From contig CAWDOT010000026.1 of assembly GCA_963803995.1 (NCBI GenBank), positions 4,260 to 68,259 on the forward strand: 64,000 bases of DNA, given 5' to 3'. The DNA is from an uncultured Acidobacteriota bacterium (GTDB taxonomy: Bacteria > Acidobacteriota > Thermoanaerobaculia > Multivoradales > JAGPDF01). Both the position numbers and the translations under genes were made by a program. The first letter of the stretch is position 1. Each line of letters begins with the position of its first letter. Below are positions 9,935-23,076 of the stretch, piece after piece. The notes beneath the pieces were generated by a model. The model did no database searches. It saw only the letters and a list, made by a program, of their open reading frames with translations, and had not been told where the DNA came from.

Positions 9935-11802
9935 CCGCCCGCGGCGGCGGGTTCGCGGAACTGGAGCTCGTAGAGGCGGCGGTAGATGCCGCCGTGGGCG
10001 AGGAGCTCTCGGTGGGTGCCGCTCTCGGCGAGGCGCCCCTTGTGCAGGACGAGGATGCGGTCGGCGCGCTGGATGGTCGACAGGCGGTGGGCGATCACCA
10101 GGCTGGTCCGGCCGGTGAGCAGGCGCTCGAGCGCGGTCTGGATCCGGCGCTCGGTCTCGGTGTCGACCGAGGCGGTCGCCTCGTCGAGCACCAGGATGCG
10201 CGGGTCGAAGGCGAGGGCGCGGGCGAAGGCGAGCAGCTGCTTCTGCCCCACCGACAGGCCGGCGCCCCGCTCCTCGACGCGCGCGGCGAAGCCGCCGGGG
10301 AGCTTCTCGACGAACTCGAGCGCCTGCGCGTCCGCGGCCGCCTGGCGCAGCCGCTCGTCGCCGATCGACTCCTCGCCCAGCCGGAGGTTCGAGGCGATGT
10401 CGCCGGCGAACAGGAAGACGTCCTGGAGGACGAGGCCGGTCGCCGAGCGCAGCCGCGCGAGGTCCCAGTCGCGGACGTCGACGCCGTCGACCCGGATGGC
10501 GCCGTCGGCGACGTCGTAGAAGCGGAGCAGGAGGTTGGCGAGCGTCGACTTGCCGGCGCCGGTGTGGCCGACCACCGCCACCGTCTCGCCCGGGGCCACC
10601 CTGAACGAGACGTCGTGGAGCACCGGGTGCCCCGGCCGGTAGGCGAAGGTGACCTGATCGAACTCGATCGCGCCGGCGACCTTCTCCGGCCGCTGTCCGT
10701 GGGGCGGCGAGACCACGCGCGGCGCGCGGTCGAGCAGCTGGAAGATCCGCTCCGAGGAGGCCATCGCCTGCTGCAGGACGTTGTACTTCTCCGACAGGTC
10801 GGCGAGCGGCTGGTAGAAGCGCTGCGCGTATTGCAGGAAGGCGACCAGCGCGCCGACCGAGACCGCCCCGGTGAGCGCCTGCGTGCCGCCGAGGGCGAGC
10901 ACCAGTCCGAGGCCGAGCGCGGTGAGGATCTCGACGCCCGGGTAGTAGACCGCGTAGTAGAAGATGCCGCGGATGTTGGCGTCGCGGTGCTCGGCGTTGA
11001 TGCCGCGGAAGCTCTCGAGCGCCACCGCCTCCCGCCCGTAGAGCTGGACCACCGACATGCCCGACAGGTGCTCCTGGAGGAACGCGGCGAGGCGCGCCAC
11101 GGCGGTGCGCACCTCGCGGAAGCTCACCCGCGCCCGGCTCTTGAACCAGAGCGTGAGCAGGAAGAGCAGCGGCAGGATCGCGAACGTGGCGAGCGCGAGG
11201 CGGAGGTCGAGCGCGACCAGCACCGCGGCGATGCCCGCGAGCACCAGCACGTCGCCGACGATCGAGACGATGCCGGCGGTGAACAGCTCGTTGAGCGCGT
11301 CGACGTCGGCGGTCACCCGCGTCACCAGCCGCCCCACCGGCGTCGAGTCGAAGTAGGCGAGCTCGAGCCGCTGCAGGTGGGCGAAGATGTCGCGCCGCAG
11401 GTCCGCCATCACGCGCTGGCCCATCGCCTGGAGCAGGTAGCCCTGCGCGTAGAGCGTGACGAAGGTGGCGAGGAGCGCGGCGACGTAGACGGCCGCCGAC
11501 CAGCCCACCCCCGCGAGCGGCGCGAGCTCGACCCCGGCCGCGGCCAGCCGGTCGCCGACCCAGCGCGCGACCGGCGAGCGCGTCGCCCCGGCCTCGACCG
11601 CCGGCGCGAGGAAGAGGTCGATCGCGACCGAAGTCGCGAGCGGACCCACGAGCTGCGTCGCCGAGGAGACCAGCATCAGCGCGAGCGCGCCCAGGGCCAG
11701 CCGGCGATGCGGCGCGAGGTAGCCGAGCAGGCGCCGCATCAGGCGGCCGTCGTAGGCCCGGCCCAGCGCCTCCTCGGCCGCTCCCGACTCGCGCTCGCTC
11801 AC
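9931..11802 (-). CDS. ABC exporter, fused permease + ATPase (MsbA/multidrug type)
   Basis: ORF 9931..11973. A likely GTG start at 11802 gives the usual N-terminus (EEALGRAYDGRLMRRLLGYL). Six-TM-like region, Walker A GHTGAGKST, signature LSVGQKQ, Walker B ILVLDEATA. Confidence 0.9.
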   Translation of the reverse strand: MSERESGAAEEALGRAYDGRLMRRLLGYLAPHRRLALGALALMLVSSATQLVGPLATSVAIDLFLAPAVEAGATRSPVARWVGDRLAAAGVELAPLAGVGWSAAVYVAALLATFVTLYAQGYLLQAMGQRVMADLRRDIFAHLQRLELAYFDSTPVGRLVTRVTADVDALNELFTAGIVSIVGDVLVLAGIAAVLVALDLRLALATFAILPLLFLLTLWFKSRARVSFREVRTAVARLAAFLQEHLSGMSVVQLYGREAVALESFRGINAEHRDANIRGIFYYAVYYPGVEILTALGLGLVLALGGTQALTGAVSVGALVAFLQYAQRFYQPLADLSEKYNVLQQAMASSERIFQLLDRAPRVVSPPHGQRPEKVAGAIEFDQVTFAYRPGHPVLHDVSFRVAPGETVAVVGHTGAGKSTLANLLLRFYDVADGAIRVDGVDVRDWDLARLRSATGLVLQDVFLFAGDIASNLRLGEESIGDERLRQAAADAQALEFVEKLPGGFAARVEERGAGLSVGQKQLLAFARALAFDPRILVLDEATASVDTETERRIQTALERLLTGRTSLVIAHRLSTIQRADRILVLHKGRLAESGTHRELLAHGGIYRRLYELQFREPAAAGG

Positions 11803-11951
11803 CTCTGCCTCCGCCCCCGGTCGCTCACGACGCGTGATCGTAACGCCTGGGCGGGCCCGCGCCACGACAGCGGCGCGTTCGGTAGCGCCCCCGGTACCTT
11901 TTGTGTACACTCGCCGGTGACAATTCTTGTCGACCGCAGCGGAGGAGCGCC

Positions 11952-13080
11952 ATGCCGCCGACCCTGAACGCACTGCTCAAGACCATGGTCGAGCAGGGAG
12001 GTTCGGATCTCCACATCACGACGAACTCGCCGCCCCAGGTGCGCGTCGACGGCCAGTTGAAGCCGCTCAACTTGCCTCCGATGACGCCGACGGAGACCAA
12101 GCAGCTCGCCTACTCGATCCTCACCGACAACCAGAAGCACCGGCTCGAGGAGGATCTCGAGCTCGACTTCTCCTTCGGCATCAAGGGGCTGGCGCGCTTC
12201 CGCGCCAACGTCTTCCACCAGCGCGGCGCGATCGGCGCCGCCTTCCGGCAGATCCCCTACGAGATCCGCAGCTTCCGCGAGCTCGGCCTGCCGGCGATCG
12301 TCGAGAAGATCTGCGAGAAGCCGCGCGGCCTGGTGCTGGTCACCGGCCCGACCGGCTCCGGCAAGTCGACCACGCTCGCGGCCATGCTCGACAAGGTCAA
12401 CCGCGAGCGCGCCGAGCACATCGTCACCATCGAGGACCCGGTCGAGTACCTGCACAGCCACAAGAAGTGCATCGTCAACCAGCGCGAGCTCCACGCCGAC
12501 ACGCACAGCTTCGCCAACGCGCTGCGCTCCGGCCTGCGCCAGGACCCGGACGTCGTGCTGATCGGCGAGATGCGCGACTTCGAGACGGTCGAGTCGGCCC
12601 TGCGCATCGCCGAGACCGGCCACCTGACCTTCGCCACGCTGCACACCAACTCGGCGGCGCAGACGATCAACCGCATCGTCGACATCTTCCCGGCGCACCA
12701 GCAGTCGCAGATCCGGGTCCAGCTCTCGTTCGTGCTCGAGGGGATCCTCTGCCAGTCGCTGCTGCCGCGCGCCTCCGGCAAGGGGCGCGCGCTGGCGATG
12801 GAGATCCTGGTGCCCAACTCGGCCATCCGCAACCTGATCCGCGAGGACAAGGTCCACCAGATCTACGGCATGATGCAGACCGGCCAGGCGCAAGTACGGC
12901 ATGCAGACCTTCAACCAGTCGCTCGCGTCGCTGTACTTCAAGCGCATGATCACCCTGCAGACCGCGCTCGCGCGCTCCTCCTATCCGGACGAACTGCAGG
13001 AGATCATCGCGCGCGGCCCCAGCTCGCTGAACCCGAATCTGGTGGAAGGCCAGGGCCAGACCGCCGCCCCGAGGAGCTAA
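11952..13080 (+). pseudogene. pilT: type IV pilus retraction ATPase PilT, frame-disrupted (+1 shift near 12890)
   Basis: GGSDLHI, Walker A GPTGSGKST, IEDPVEY, GEMRD, TGHLTFATLHTN. The C-terminal KYGMQTFNQSLASLYFKRMITLQTAL continues in the next frame to TAA at 13078..13080. Confidence 0.93.
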
Positions 13081-13084
13081 CGCG

Positions 13085-14289
<1,205 letters not shown>

Positions 14290-14314
14290 GAGGTTCCCGA
14301 CGACGGACACGAGC

Positions 14315-16003
14315 GTGCCGCGCGCGCAGCCGCCCGAGGGGGTGCCGGCGCGGCTCGCCGTCTATCTGCGCTGGCTGATCGCCATCCGGCTGGTGGTGAT
14401 CACCAGCGTCGTCCTGCCCTACCTCCTGCTCCAGCTCTCGGCGCCGGAGCGGCAGCCGCCGACGTTCGACCTGCTGTTCCTGATCGCCGGCTGCACCTAC
14501 CTCGCGAGCCTCGTCTACATCGGGCTCCTGCGCGTGCTGCGCGGCCGCCCGACCTGGCACGCGCACCTGCAGTTCGGCGGCGACCTGCTGCTGGTGACCA
14601 GCCTCGTCTACTTCTTCGGCGGCATCGGCAGCCCGTTCTCCATGCTCTACCTGGTGGTCATCATGGTCGCGTCGGCGCTGCTGCGCCACCGCGCCGGGCT
14701 GCTGGTGGCGAGCGCCGCCTACCTGCTCTACGCCTCCCTGCTCGTCGCGCTCGCGCGCGGCTGGCTGCCGCAGGGGCTGGTCAAGCTCTCCGACGCCGAG
14801 ATCGCGTGGCGGCTCCCCTACAACCTCGCGGTGCACTTCTTCGGCTTCTACGCCGTCGCCCTGCTCACTTCGTACCTGACCGCCAACGTCACGCGCGCCG
14901 AGCGCGAGCTCGAGGAGAAGCGCGACAGCCTCGCCAACCTCGAGGTCTTCCATCGCGACGTGGTGCAGTCGATCTCGAGCGGCCTCGATCGCCACCGACC
15001 TCGGCGGCCGCGTGACCTCGGTGAACCGCGCCGCGCTCGACATCCTCGGCCGCTCCGCCGCCGAGCTGCTCGGCGCGCCGATCGGCACCTGCGGGCTGTT
15101 CGAGCCCGACGACTGGGCCCGCTACTCCGCGGTGGGCACCGGGGCGCCGGCCGCGCGCACGGAGATCGAGGTCAGCCGCGGCGAGCAGCGCATCCCGATC
15201 GGCTTCAACATCTCGCGCCTCACCGACGCCGCGGGCACCGCGGCCGGCTGGATCGTCGTCTTCCAGGACCTCTCGCAGTGGCGGCGGCTCCAGGAGGAGC
15301 TGCGCATGAAGGACCGCATGGCCGCGGTCGGCGAGCTCGCCGCCGGCCTCGCCCACGAGGTCGGCAATCCGCTGGCGGCGATCTCCGGCTCCGTGCAGCT
15401 GCTGTCGTCCGCCCTGCCGGCCGACGACAAGCAGCGCCGCCTGCTCGACATCATCCTCAAGGAGAGCCAGCGCCTCGACCGGACGATCAAGGGCTTCCTG
15501 CGCTTCGCGCGGCCCCGGGAGCGCGCGGTCATGCGCTTCGACGTCGCCGCGCTGCTCGCCGAGAACATGGCGCTGCTGCGCCACAGCGAGGAGGCCACCG
15601 GCCGGCATCGCTTCGAGCTCGACCTGCGGCCGCCGAACGCGCAGCTCGTCGCCGATCCCGACCAGGTCAGTCAGATCTTCTGGAACCTCGCGCGCAACGC
15701 GCTGCGGGCGATGCCCGACGGCGGCACGCTGACGCTCGCCGGCGCAGCCCGCACGGCGGGTCCTACCGGATCGAGGTCCGCGACACCGGGCGCGGCATGA
15801 CCGAGGAGCAGCGCACGAAGCTCTTCCAGCCCTTCCAGTCGTTCTTCGACGGGGGCACCGGCATCGGCATGGCCATCGTGTACCGCATCGTCCAGGAGCA
15901 CGCCGGCCGGCTCTCGATCGACAGCCGGCCCGGGCAGGGCACGACGATCGCGGTCGAGCTTCCGATCGCGCATCCGGCGGCGCTGGCCGCCGCGGAGGGA
16001 TGA
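14315..16003 (+). pseudogene. pilS: PilS-like membrane sensor histidine kinase, frame-disrupted (shifts near 14986 and 15745)
   Basis: Polytopic N-terminus, PAS-like middle, H-box AAGLAHEVGNPLAAISG (frame of ORF 15012..15800), and HATPase DTGRGM...GTGIGMAIV back in the first frame. It sits between pilC and an NtrC-family regulator. Confidence 0.82.
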
Positions 16004-16006
16004 AAC

Positions 16007-17390
<1,384 letters not shown>

Positions 17391-17394
17391 CGCC

Positions 17395-18601
17395 GTGTCC
17401 GGCCCCACCGATCGACAGCTCAAGCGCTATCTCAAGGACCTCGCGCAGAAGGAAGAGGCCGAGGCCGCCCGCCTGCGCCGCAAGGAGGCGCGCGCCAAGC
17501 AGGTCGCCGCGGGCGCGCCGCCGCCGAAGCCCCGGCTCGCCGTGGAGGACTGGGAGAGCGACGAGCTCGCGGCCCTGCCCTCGCGCGAGAAACACGGCCG
17601 CCGGCGCGGCGAGTCGATCGGCAAGCTGGTCGAGCGCCTGAAGGCCGAGGCCGTCGACGCCCCGCCGCCGGGCGCGGAATCCACGGAGCCCGCGGAGCCG
17701 GGCCTGGTGATCGCGATCACCCGCGGCCAGTGCGAGGTCGAGGTGGACGGCGAGACCCTCCTCTGCCACCTGCCCAAGGCGCTCTCGCTCACCCAGCAGA
17801 GCGAGCTCGCGGTCGGCGACCGGGTCCAGCTCGCCCGCCGGCCGGGCGGCGAGCTGGTGGCCGCCCAGATCCTGCCGCGCCAGCCGGTTGTCGCGCCCCG
17901 ACCCCTTCCTCGCCCACCGCGAGCGGGTGGTGGCGGCCAACATCGACCTCGCCGTGGTGGTCGCCTCGCTGCGCAAGCCGCCGCTGTCGACCGGCCTCGT
18001 CGACCGCTACCTGGTGGCGCTCGCCCACGGCGGCGTCGAGGCGGCGCTGGCGGTCAACAAGGCGGATCTCGCGGTCGACGCCGCGCGCGGCGGATCCGGA
18101 GGTCGTCCTGCTCGAGCCCTATCGCGGCGCTCGGCGTGCCGATCGTCTACTGCTCGACGCGCACCGGCGAGGGGATCGCCGAGCTCGGCCGCCTGCTCGC
18201 CGGCAAGACCGCGGTCTTCGTCGGCCACAGCGGCGTCGGCAAGAGCTCGCTGCTGGCGGCGCTCTCGCCCGGCCTCGAGGTGCGCGTCGGCCGAGGTCTC
18301 GCGCGTCGACAACAAGGGCCGCCACACCACGACGCGCGCGCGCGTCTACCGGCTCGCGGGCGGCACCCGCATCATCGACACCCCCGGCATCCGGGAGTTC
18401 GGACTCTGGCAGATGGGCGCGCGCGAGCTGGCGCTCTATTTCGACGAATTCGAGAGCCTGGCCGTCGGCTGTCGCTTCAACGACTGCTCCCACTCGCACG
18501 AGCCGCGCTGCGCCGTGCGCGACGCCGCCGGGCGCGGCGAGATCCCCCCCGAGCGCTACGCCACCTACCTGCGCATCCTGGAATCGCTCGCGGCGCCCTG
18601 A
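17395..18601 (+). pseudogene. rsgA: ribosome small-subunit biogenesis GTPase RsgA with ~115-aa charged N-terminal extension, frame-disrupted (four +1 shifts near 17882, 18090, 18125, 18293)
   Basis: Pieces read across three frames: AANIDLAVVV, DRYLV, NKADL, GHSGVGKSSLL, RGRHTTT, IIDTPGIREF, CRFNDCSHSHEPRCAV (zinc knuckle). Confidence 0.85.
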
Positions 18602-18611
18602 AGCCGCGTCT

Positions 18612-20420
18612 TCACTCGGGCAGCCCGACCTCCCAGAGACCGAAGCCGGAGGAGCCGAGCAGCAGCCGGCCGCCGACGGCGAGGGCCGAGAGCAGGTCGG
18701 CGGCGCCGAAGGGGGGCTGGAGCGGGATCAGTCGGCGCTCCGAGCGCGCCACCAGACCGAGCGCGTCGCCGGTGCGGGCGACCACCGGGTAGCGCGGGTC
18801 GCCGGTCGGGAAGGCGCGCGAGCGACCGCTCGCGAGCTCGACCCAGCCCCGCTCCGCGTCGTGCAGGAAGAGGCCCTCGCTGCCGGCGTAGACGAGGTCG
18901 CCATCGATCCCCGCCAGCTCGCCGCCCTTGAACGGGAGGCTCGCGGCCTCGGGCTTGCCGCCGTCCGGCAGGCGGAAGAGTCCGTCGTCGCGCAGCACCC
19001 AGAGGACGCCTTCGGCGACCGCGATCGAGAGTGGCGGCCGGAAGGTGAAGGGGACCTTGACGAAGCGGCCGCCGTCGAGCCGCCAGACCGTGTCGCGGGT
19101 GCGCGCGTAGAGCCGCTCGCCATCGCCGGCGAGCTGCTCGACCCGGCCCGTGCCCAGCTCGGCGACCCGCCGCCACTCGCTGCCCGCGCGCTCGAACAGG
19201 CCGGCCTCGGTCGCGGCGTAGAGCGCGGCGCCGTGATCGACGAGATCGACCACCGTCGGCAGGCGCGCCGGCTGCGGCTCGAACGACGCGCCGTCGTCGG
19301 GCGAGCGGTAGAGACCGGAGAGCGGCCCGGCGTGGGCGAGCGCGGCGAACACCGTGTCGCCGGCGGCGGCGAGCGCCGAGACGCGCACGTTGACGGTCGC
19401 CACCAGGCGCGGCGCGAGCGTCGCGCCGCCGTCCTTCGACAGCCAGACGCCGGCGCCCTCGGTGCCGATCAGGACCCGATCGGGATCGCTCGGATGGTGG
19501 GCGATCGCGAGCACCGCGAGGTCCTTCGGGCCGACCCGCCGGAAGCTCGCGCCGCCGTCGATCGACCGGTGCAGCCCGGCGACCGTGCCGGCGAGCAGCC
19601 GCTCCGGCGAGAGCACGTCGAAGCTCGGCGTGCGCCGCTCCTCGAAGCCCGCGGTGGTGCGGCTCCAGACTCCGCCCAGACGCTCGCCCCGGTAGACCCA
19701 GCCGCAGGTCGACGCCCAGAGCTCCCCGGGCCGTCCGGGCACGGGCGTCAGCGAGAAGACCTCGGTGTCGAGGACCATGCCCTCGAAGACGCCCCGCCAG
19801 GTGGCGCCGCCGTCGTCGCTGCGGAAGGCGCGCCGCCAGGTTCCGGCGACCACGGTGCGGGGATCGGTCGAGTCGACGTGCAGGCTCGAGACATGGACGA
19901 GCTCCGGCTCGCCGGCGGAGACGCAGCGCCAGTTGCCGCCCGCGTCGTCGGAGGCGAAGACTCCGGTGCGGGTACCGACGAAGAGGCGGTCCGCGGTGCC
20001 CGGAACGAGCGCCAGCGCGTAGACCTGATCGCCCGGCGGCAGCCCCTGGTCGCGGCGGGTCCAGGTGACGCCCCGGTCGTCCGAGAACGCGACCGCGCCG
20101 CCGCCCCAGATTCCCCAGAGCCCGGCCCAGAGCCGCTCCGGACGGTTCGGGTCGAAGCGGAGCGTGCCCACCACCCAGCCGGGGAAAGGGGCTTCGACTC
20201 CCGCGTTGCGCCAGGACTCGCCGCCGTCGTCGGTGCGGTAGAGGTGGCCGGCGGAAGTGCCGGCGAAGGCGCGCAGGGGCTCTGCCGGGTCGAAGACCAG
20301 GCTGCGGACGTCGCCGCCGTAGAGCGGCGCCGGGCGGAAGGTGGCGAGGGCGCCGGCCGGCTCGCGGCTGGCGGCGGCGAGCGCCGCGAGGAGCACGAGG
20401 AGTCGGGAGAGGCGTCGCAC
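18612..20420 (-). CDS. secreted BNR/Asp-box repeat beta-propeller protein (sialidase-fold / Ycf48-like)
   Basis: This is the 3' 603 codons of ORF 18612..21104, from GTG at 20420. Signal peptide RRLSRLLVLLAALAAA. Repeated SxDxGxTW-type boxes: TDDGGESW, SDDRGVTW, SDDAGGNW, SDDGGATW, SIDGGASF, SKDGGATL, SPDDGASF. Confidence 0.8.
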   Translation of the reverse strand: MRRLSRLLVLLAALAAASREPAGALATFRPAPLYGGDVRSLVFDPAEPLRAFAGTSAGHLYRTDDGGESWRNAGVEAPFPGWVVGTLRFDPNRPERLWAGLWGIWGGGAVAFSDDRGVTWTRRDQGLPPGDQVYALALVPGTADRLFVGTRTGVFASDDAGGNWRCVSAGEPELVHVSSLHVDSTDPRTVVAGTWRRAFRSDDGGATWRGVFEGMVLDTEVFSLTPVPGRPGELWASTCGWVYRGERLGGVWSRTTAGFEERRTPSFDVLSPERLLAGTVAGLHRSIDGGASFRRVGPKDLAVLAIAHHPSDPDRVLIGTEGAGVWLSKDGGATLAPRLVATVNVRVSALAAAGDTVFAALAHAGPLSGLYRSPDDGASFEPQPARLPTVVDLVDHGAALYAATEAGLFERAGSEWRRVAELGTGRVEQLAGDGERLYARTRDTVWRLDGGRFVKVPFTFRPPLSIAVAEGVLWVLRDDGLFRLPDGGKPEAASLPFKGGELAGIDGDLVYAGSEGLFLHDAERGWVELASGRSRAFPTGDPRYPVVARTGDALGLVARSERRLIPLQPPFGAADLLSALAVGGRLLLGSSGFGLWEVGLPE

Positions 20421-20431
20421 GAAGTCCGATC

Positions 20432-21748
20432 CTATCCGCGTCGGCGGGGCGGTTCGAGCAGATCGGCCGGAAAGTCCGCCGGCAGCCGACCCGCCGCCCG
20501 CTTGGCGCGCAGCCAGGCCCGGTGGGCGCGGCCGAATCCGCTCGCGGCGAACAGTCCGGCGCGCGCCTCGGCGAGCCCGGCGCGGGCGCGCCAGGCGTCC
20601 CGCTCGCGCGCGATGCCCAGCCTCAGCAGCTCCCCGACCGTGCCCAGGAAGAGCAGCTTCTCCGCGCCCCCCTCGCCGCTGACGGCGAGCCAGGCCGGCA
20701 GCGCCGCGGGGGCGCCGCCGGCGTCGAGCTCGAGCTCGAGCCGCCAGTCGGTCGCCGCCCCCGCCGGGGCGAAGCCGGCGAGCTCGCCGCCGGCGCGCGC
20801 TCCGCTCGGCGCCCCGCGCAGCGCGCCGTCGCCCACCCGGAGCTCGACCGCGGCGACCGGCCGCCCCGCGGCGGGGTCGAAGGCCCAGCCTGCGACCTCG
20901 AGCCGGCTCCCCTCGACGATTTCGGCCCGCTCGACGAAGCCGACCGGACCGGGGTCGAACGGCAGCCGCTCGAGGCTCTCGCCCGCGGCCGGCGCGAGCA
21001 GGACGAGGTCCTGGTAGTCGCAGACCCCGCGCGGCACGCGCCGGAGCTGCCAGGCGCCGGGCAGCGCGGCCGCCGCGCGCGCCAGGTAGGCGGGCGTGAC
21101 CCACGAGGTGCCGTAGGCCTCGTGGTCGAGCACCCGGCTCTCCGAGCTGGCGACGAAGCGGTGTCCGCGGCCGCCGACGTCGCGCCCCTCGGGCGAGAGC
21201 GCCATGTCGAGCGTGGTGAAGGCGAGCAGCCCGCGCTCCCCGACCAGCGCCGCGAGCCGCGCGAGCCAGCCGCGGAACGCCGGCTCGGGCAGATGGGTGA
21301 AGAGCGAGCCGACCCAGACGAGATCGAAGCGTTCGGCGCAGGGGAGGTCCTCCGGGCGCGCGGTCGAGACGAAGCCCTCGACGCCGAAATGCCGGCGCTG
21401 GAAATCGACCGCGGGCGCGACGATGTCGGAGACGACCAGCCGCTCGGAACCGAGCTCGGCGGCGAGCCAGCGGGTCAGACGGCCGTAGCCGCAGGCGAAG
21501 TCGAGCAGCCGGCCGAGCGCGCGCGGGCCGCCGAAGCGCGCCGCGACGAGCGCGAGCACGGTGTCGGCGATCCAGCGTCCGTTCCAGAGGTACTCGGCGA
21601 GCGCCGCGTCGCGCTCGCCGGCACGGCCGGCGAGCGCGAAGCCGAGCATCTCGTCGTCGGGATCGACGGCGAGCTCCGGGCGGACGCCGCGCGCGAAGCG
21701 GCTGGCGAGGAAGGCGGCGGCGACGGGGCCCGGCGTGGCGAGGCTCAC
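20432..21748 (-). CDS. class I SAM-dependent methyltransferase with ~200-aa C-terminal domain of unknown function
   Basis: Only the last 438 codons of the 1876-aa ORF 20432..26062 look real. GTG at 21748 overlaps the upstream stop (GTGA). SAM motif I is LLDFACGYGRLTRWL, followed by DLVWVGSLFTHL. Confidence 0.75.
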   Translation of the reverse strand: MSLATPGPVAAAFLASRFARGVRPELAVDPDDEMLGFALAGRAGERDAALAEYLWNGRWIADTVLALVAARFGGPRALGRLLDFACGYGRLTRWLAAELGSERLVVSDIVAPAVDFQRRHFGVEGFVSTARPEDLPCAERFDLVWVGSLFTHLPEPAFRGWLARLAALVGERGLLAFTTLDMALSPEGRDVGGRGHRFVASSESRVLDHEAYGTSWVTPAYLARAAAALPGAWQLRRVPRGVCDYQDLVLLAPAAGESLERLPFDPGPVGFVERAEIVEGSRLEVAGWAFDPAAGRPVAAVELRVGDGALRGAPSGARAGGELAGFAPAGAATDWRLELELDAGGAPAALPAWLAVSGEGGAEKLLFLGTVGELLRLGIARERDAWRARAGLAEARAGLFAASGFGRAHRAWLRAKRAAGRLPADFPADLLEPPRRRG

Positions 21749-23076
21749 GACGGCGATTCTCCCGGAGCCGGAGCCGCCGCGGAAGGGGAGATCGCCCGTC
21801 CGGGGGTGGCGAGGGCGATCGCCGCGAGCGCGAGCGCGGCCGGCACCAGGTGGAAGAGCAGGCGGGGAAAGGTCGAAAGCACGTAGAAGCGGGTGTCGAC
21901 CGGCCCGGTCCAGTAGACCGCCAGGTAGAGACCGAGTTGCCCGAGCAGGACGAGCGCCGCCGGGCGCAAGTCGCCCCGGCGGGCGAGCCAGGGCAGCGCG
22001 AGGAGCACGAGCGGGAAGAGCGCCCAGTCGGGGTGGAGCGCGGTGGCGGCGAGCGCGCGCAGGATCTCCGCGCTCCGCCCGGCGTCGAAGGCGCCGGCGT
22101 TGGTCTCGAGGAAGAGCCGGTAGGCCCGCGCCAGGGCCAGCCAGGGCGCGACCGCGAGCGCCGCCGGCAGCGCGGTGCGCGCGAGGTGCGCGAGGCCGAC
22201 GAAGCGGCGCTCGCGCGCCGTGCGGACGACGAGGTCGAGGCCCACCAGCAGCGCGGCGAGCGGCACCCCCTCGATCTTGGCGGAGGCCGCGAGCGCCGCC
22301 GCGAGGCCGAGCTCCCAGGCGCCCCCGGCGGTGCGCTCGCGCGCGACGAGCGGCGGCAGCGCGAGGGCGAGCGCGAGCGCGATCAGCGGATCGGCGGCGC
22401 CGACCAGCCCGTAGCCGACCGTGAAGCCGGCGAGCGCGAGCGCCACGACCGCGCGTCCGCGCGCGACCTCGCCCGCCGCGAGCCCCGCGGCGGCGAGCGC
22501 GCGGCCGAGCGCGATCGGAATCAGCACGATCCAGAGCGCCGCCATGGCCAGCGCCGCCGCCTCGTCGAAGCCGGCGCGGCCGAGCGAGGGCAGCAGCAGC
22601 AGCTCGGGCGCGAGCAGCGGGTAGTCGGGGTGCAGGCGCCAGCTCGACGGCGCGGCCAGGAAGTAGTAGTCGGCGCCGCCGATCTCGAGGAAGCGGCGCG
22701 CCTTGAGTCCCCAGTGGTAGTAGAAGTCGGGCTGGGTCAGCCAGCCGGCGGCGCCGAGCAGGACGACGCCCGCTCCGGCGCCCGCGGCGAGCGCGTCCCA
22801 GCCGCCGGGGCGCGCCGGCGCGCTGCGCTCGAGGCGGAAGCGCGCGCGGGCGGCCCAGCCGAGCGCGGCGAGGGCGAGCGCGGCGGCGACGCTCGTCGCG
22901 CTCCACGCGACCCCGGCGAGCGTCGCCGCCGCGAGCAGCACGTGCAGCGAGACCGCCCCGGCGGCGAAGGTGACCGGCAGCGCCGCGAGGCCGCGCGCGC
23001 CGCCCGGCGTGCGGAAGGGGAAGCCACCGGCGAGCGCGACCAGGAGCAGGGCGACGAGCGCCGCGGCGAGGCTCAT
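21745..23076 (-). CDS. polytopic membrane protein, GT-C-like glycosyltransferase candidate
   Basis: The last 443 codons of ORF 21745..24180, from ATG at 23076 (ATGA overlap with the upstream ORF). It is hydrophobic throughout with many TM-like stretches. I recognise no named family with certainty. Confidence 0.6.
   Translation of the reverse strand: MSLAAALVALLLVALAGGFPFRTPGGARGLAALPVTFAAGAVSLHVLLAAATLAGVAWSATSVAAALALAALGWAARARFRLERSAPARPGGWDALAAGAGAGVVLLGAAGWLTQPDFYYHWGLKARRFLEIGGADYYFLAAPSSWRLHPDYPLLAPELLLLPSLGRAGFDEAAALAMAALWIVLIPIALGRALAAAGLAAGEVARGRAVVALALAGFTVGYGLVGAADPLIALALALALPPLVARERTAGGAWELGLAAALAASAKIEGVPLAALLVGLDLVVRTARERRFVGLAHLARTALPAALAVAPWLALARAYRLFLETNAGAFDAGRSAEILRALAATALHPDWALFPLVLLALPWLARRGDLRPAALVLLGQLGLYLAVYWTGPVDTRFYVLSTFPRLLFHLVPAALALAAIALATPGRAISPSAAAPAPGESPS

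Noticed and set aside
9560-11967. Continuation of plus-strand ORF 9367..11967 (866 aa).
   Set aside because: After about 65 codons the translation becomes Arg/Gly/Asp/Glu junk and lies antisense to the well-supported ABC exporter. The lipoprotein continues in a different frame and ends at 9934.
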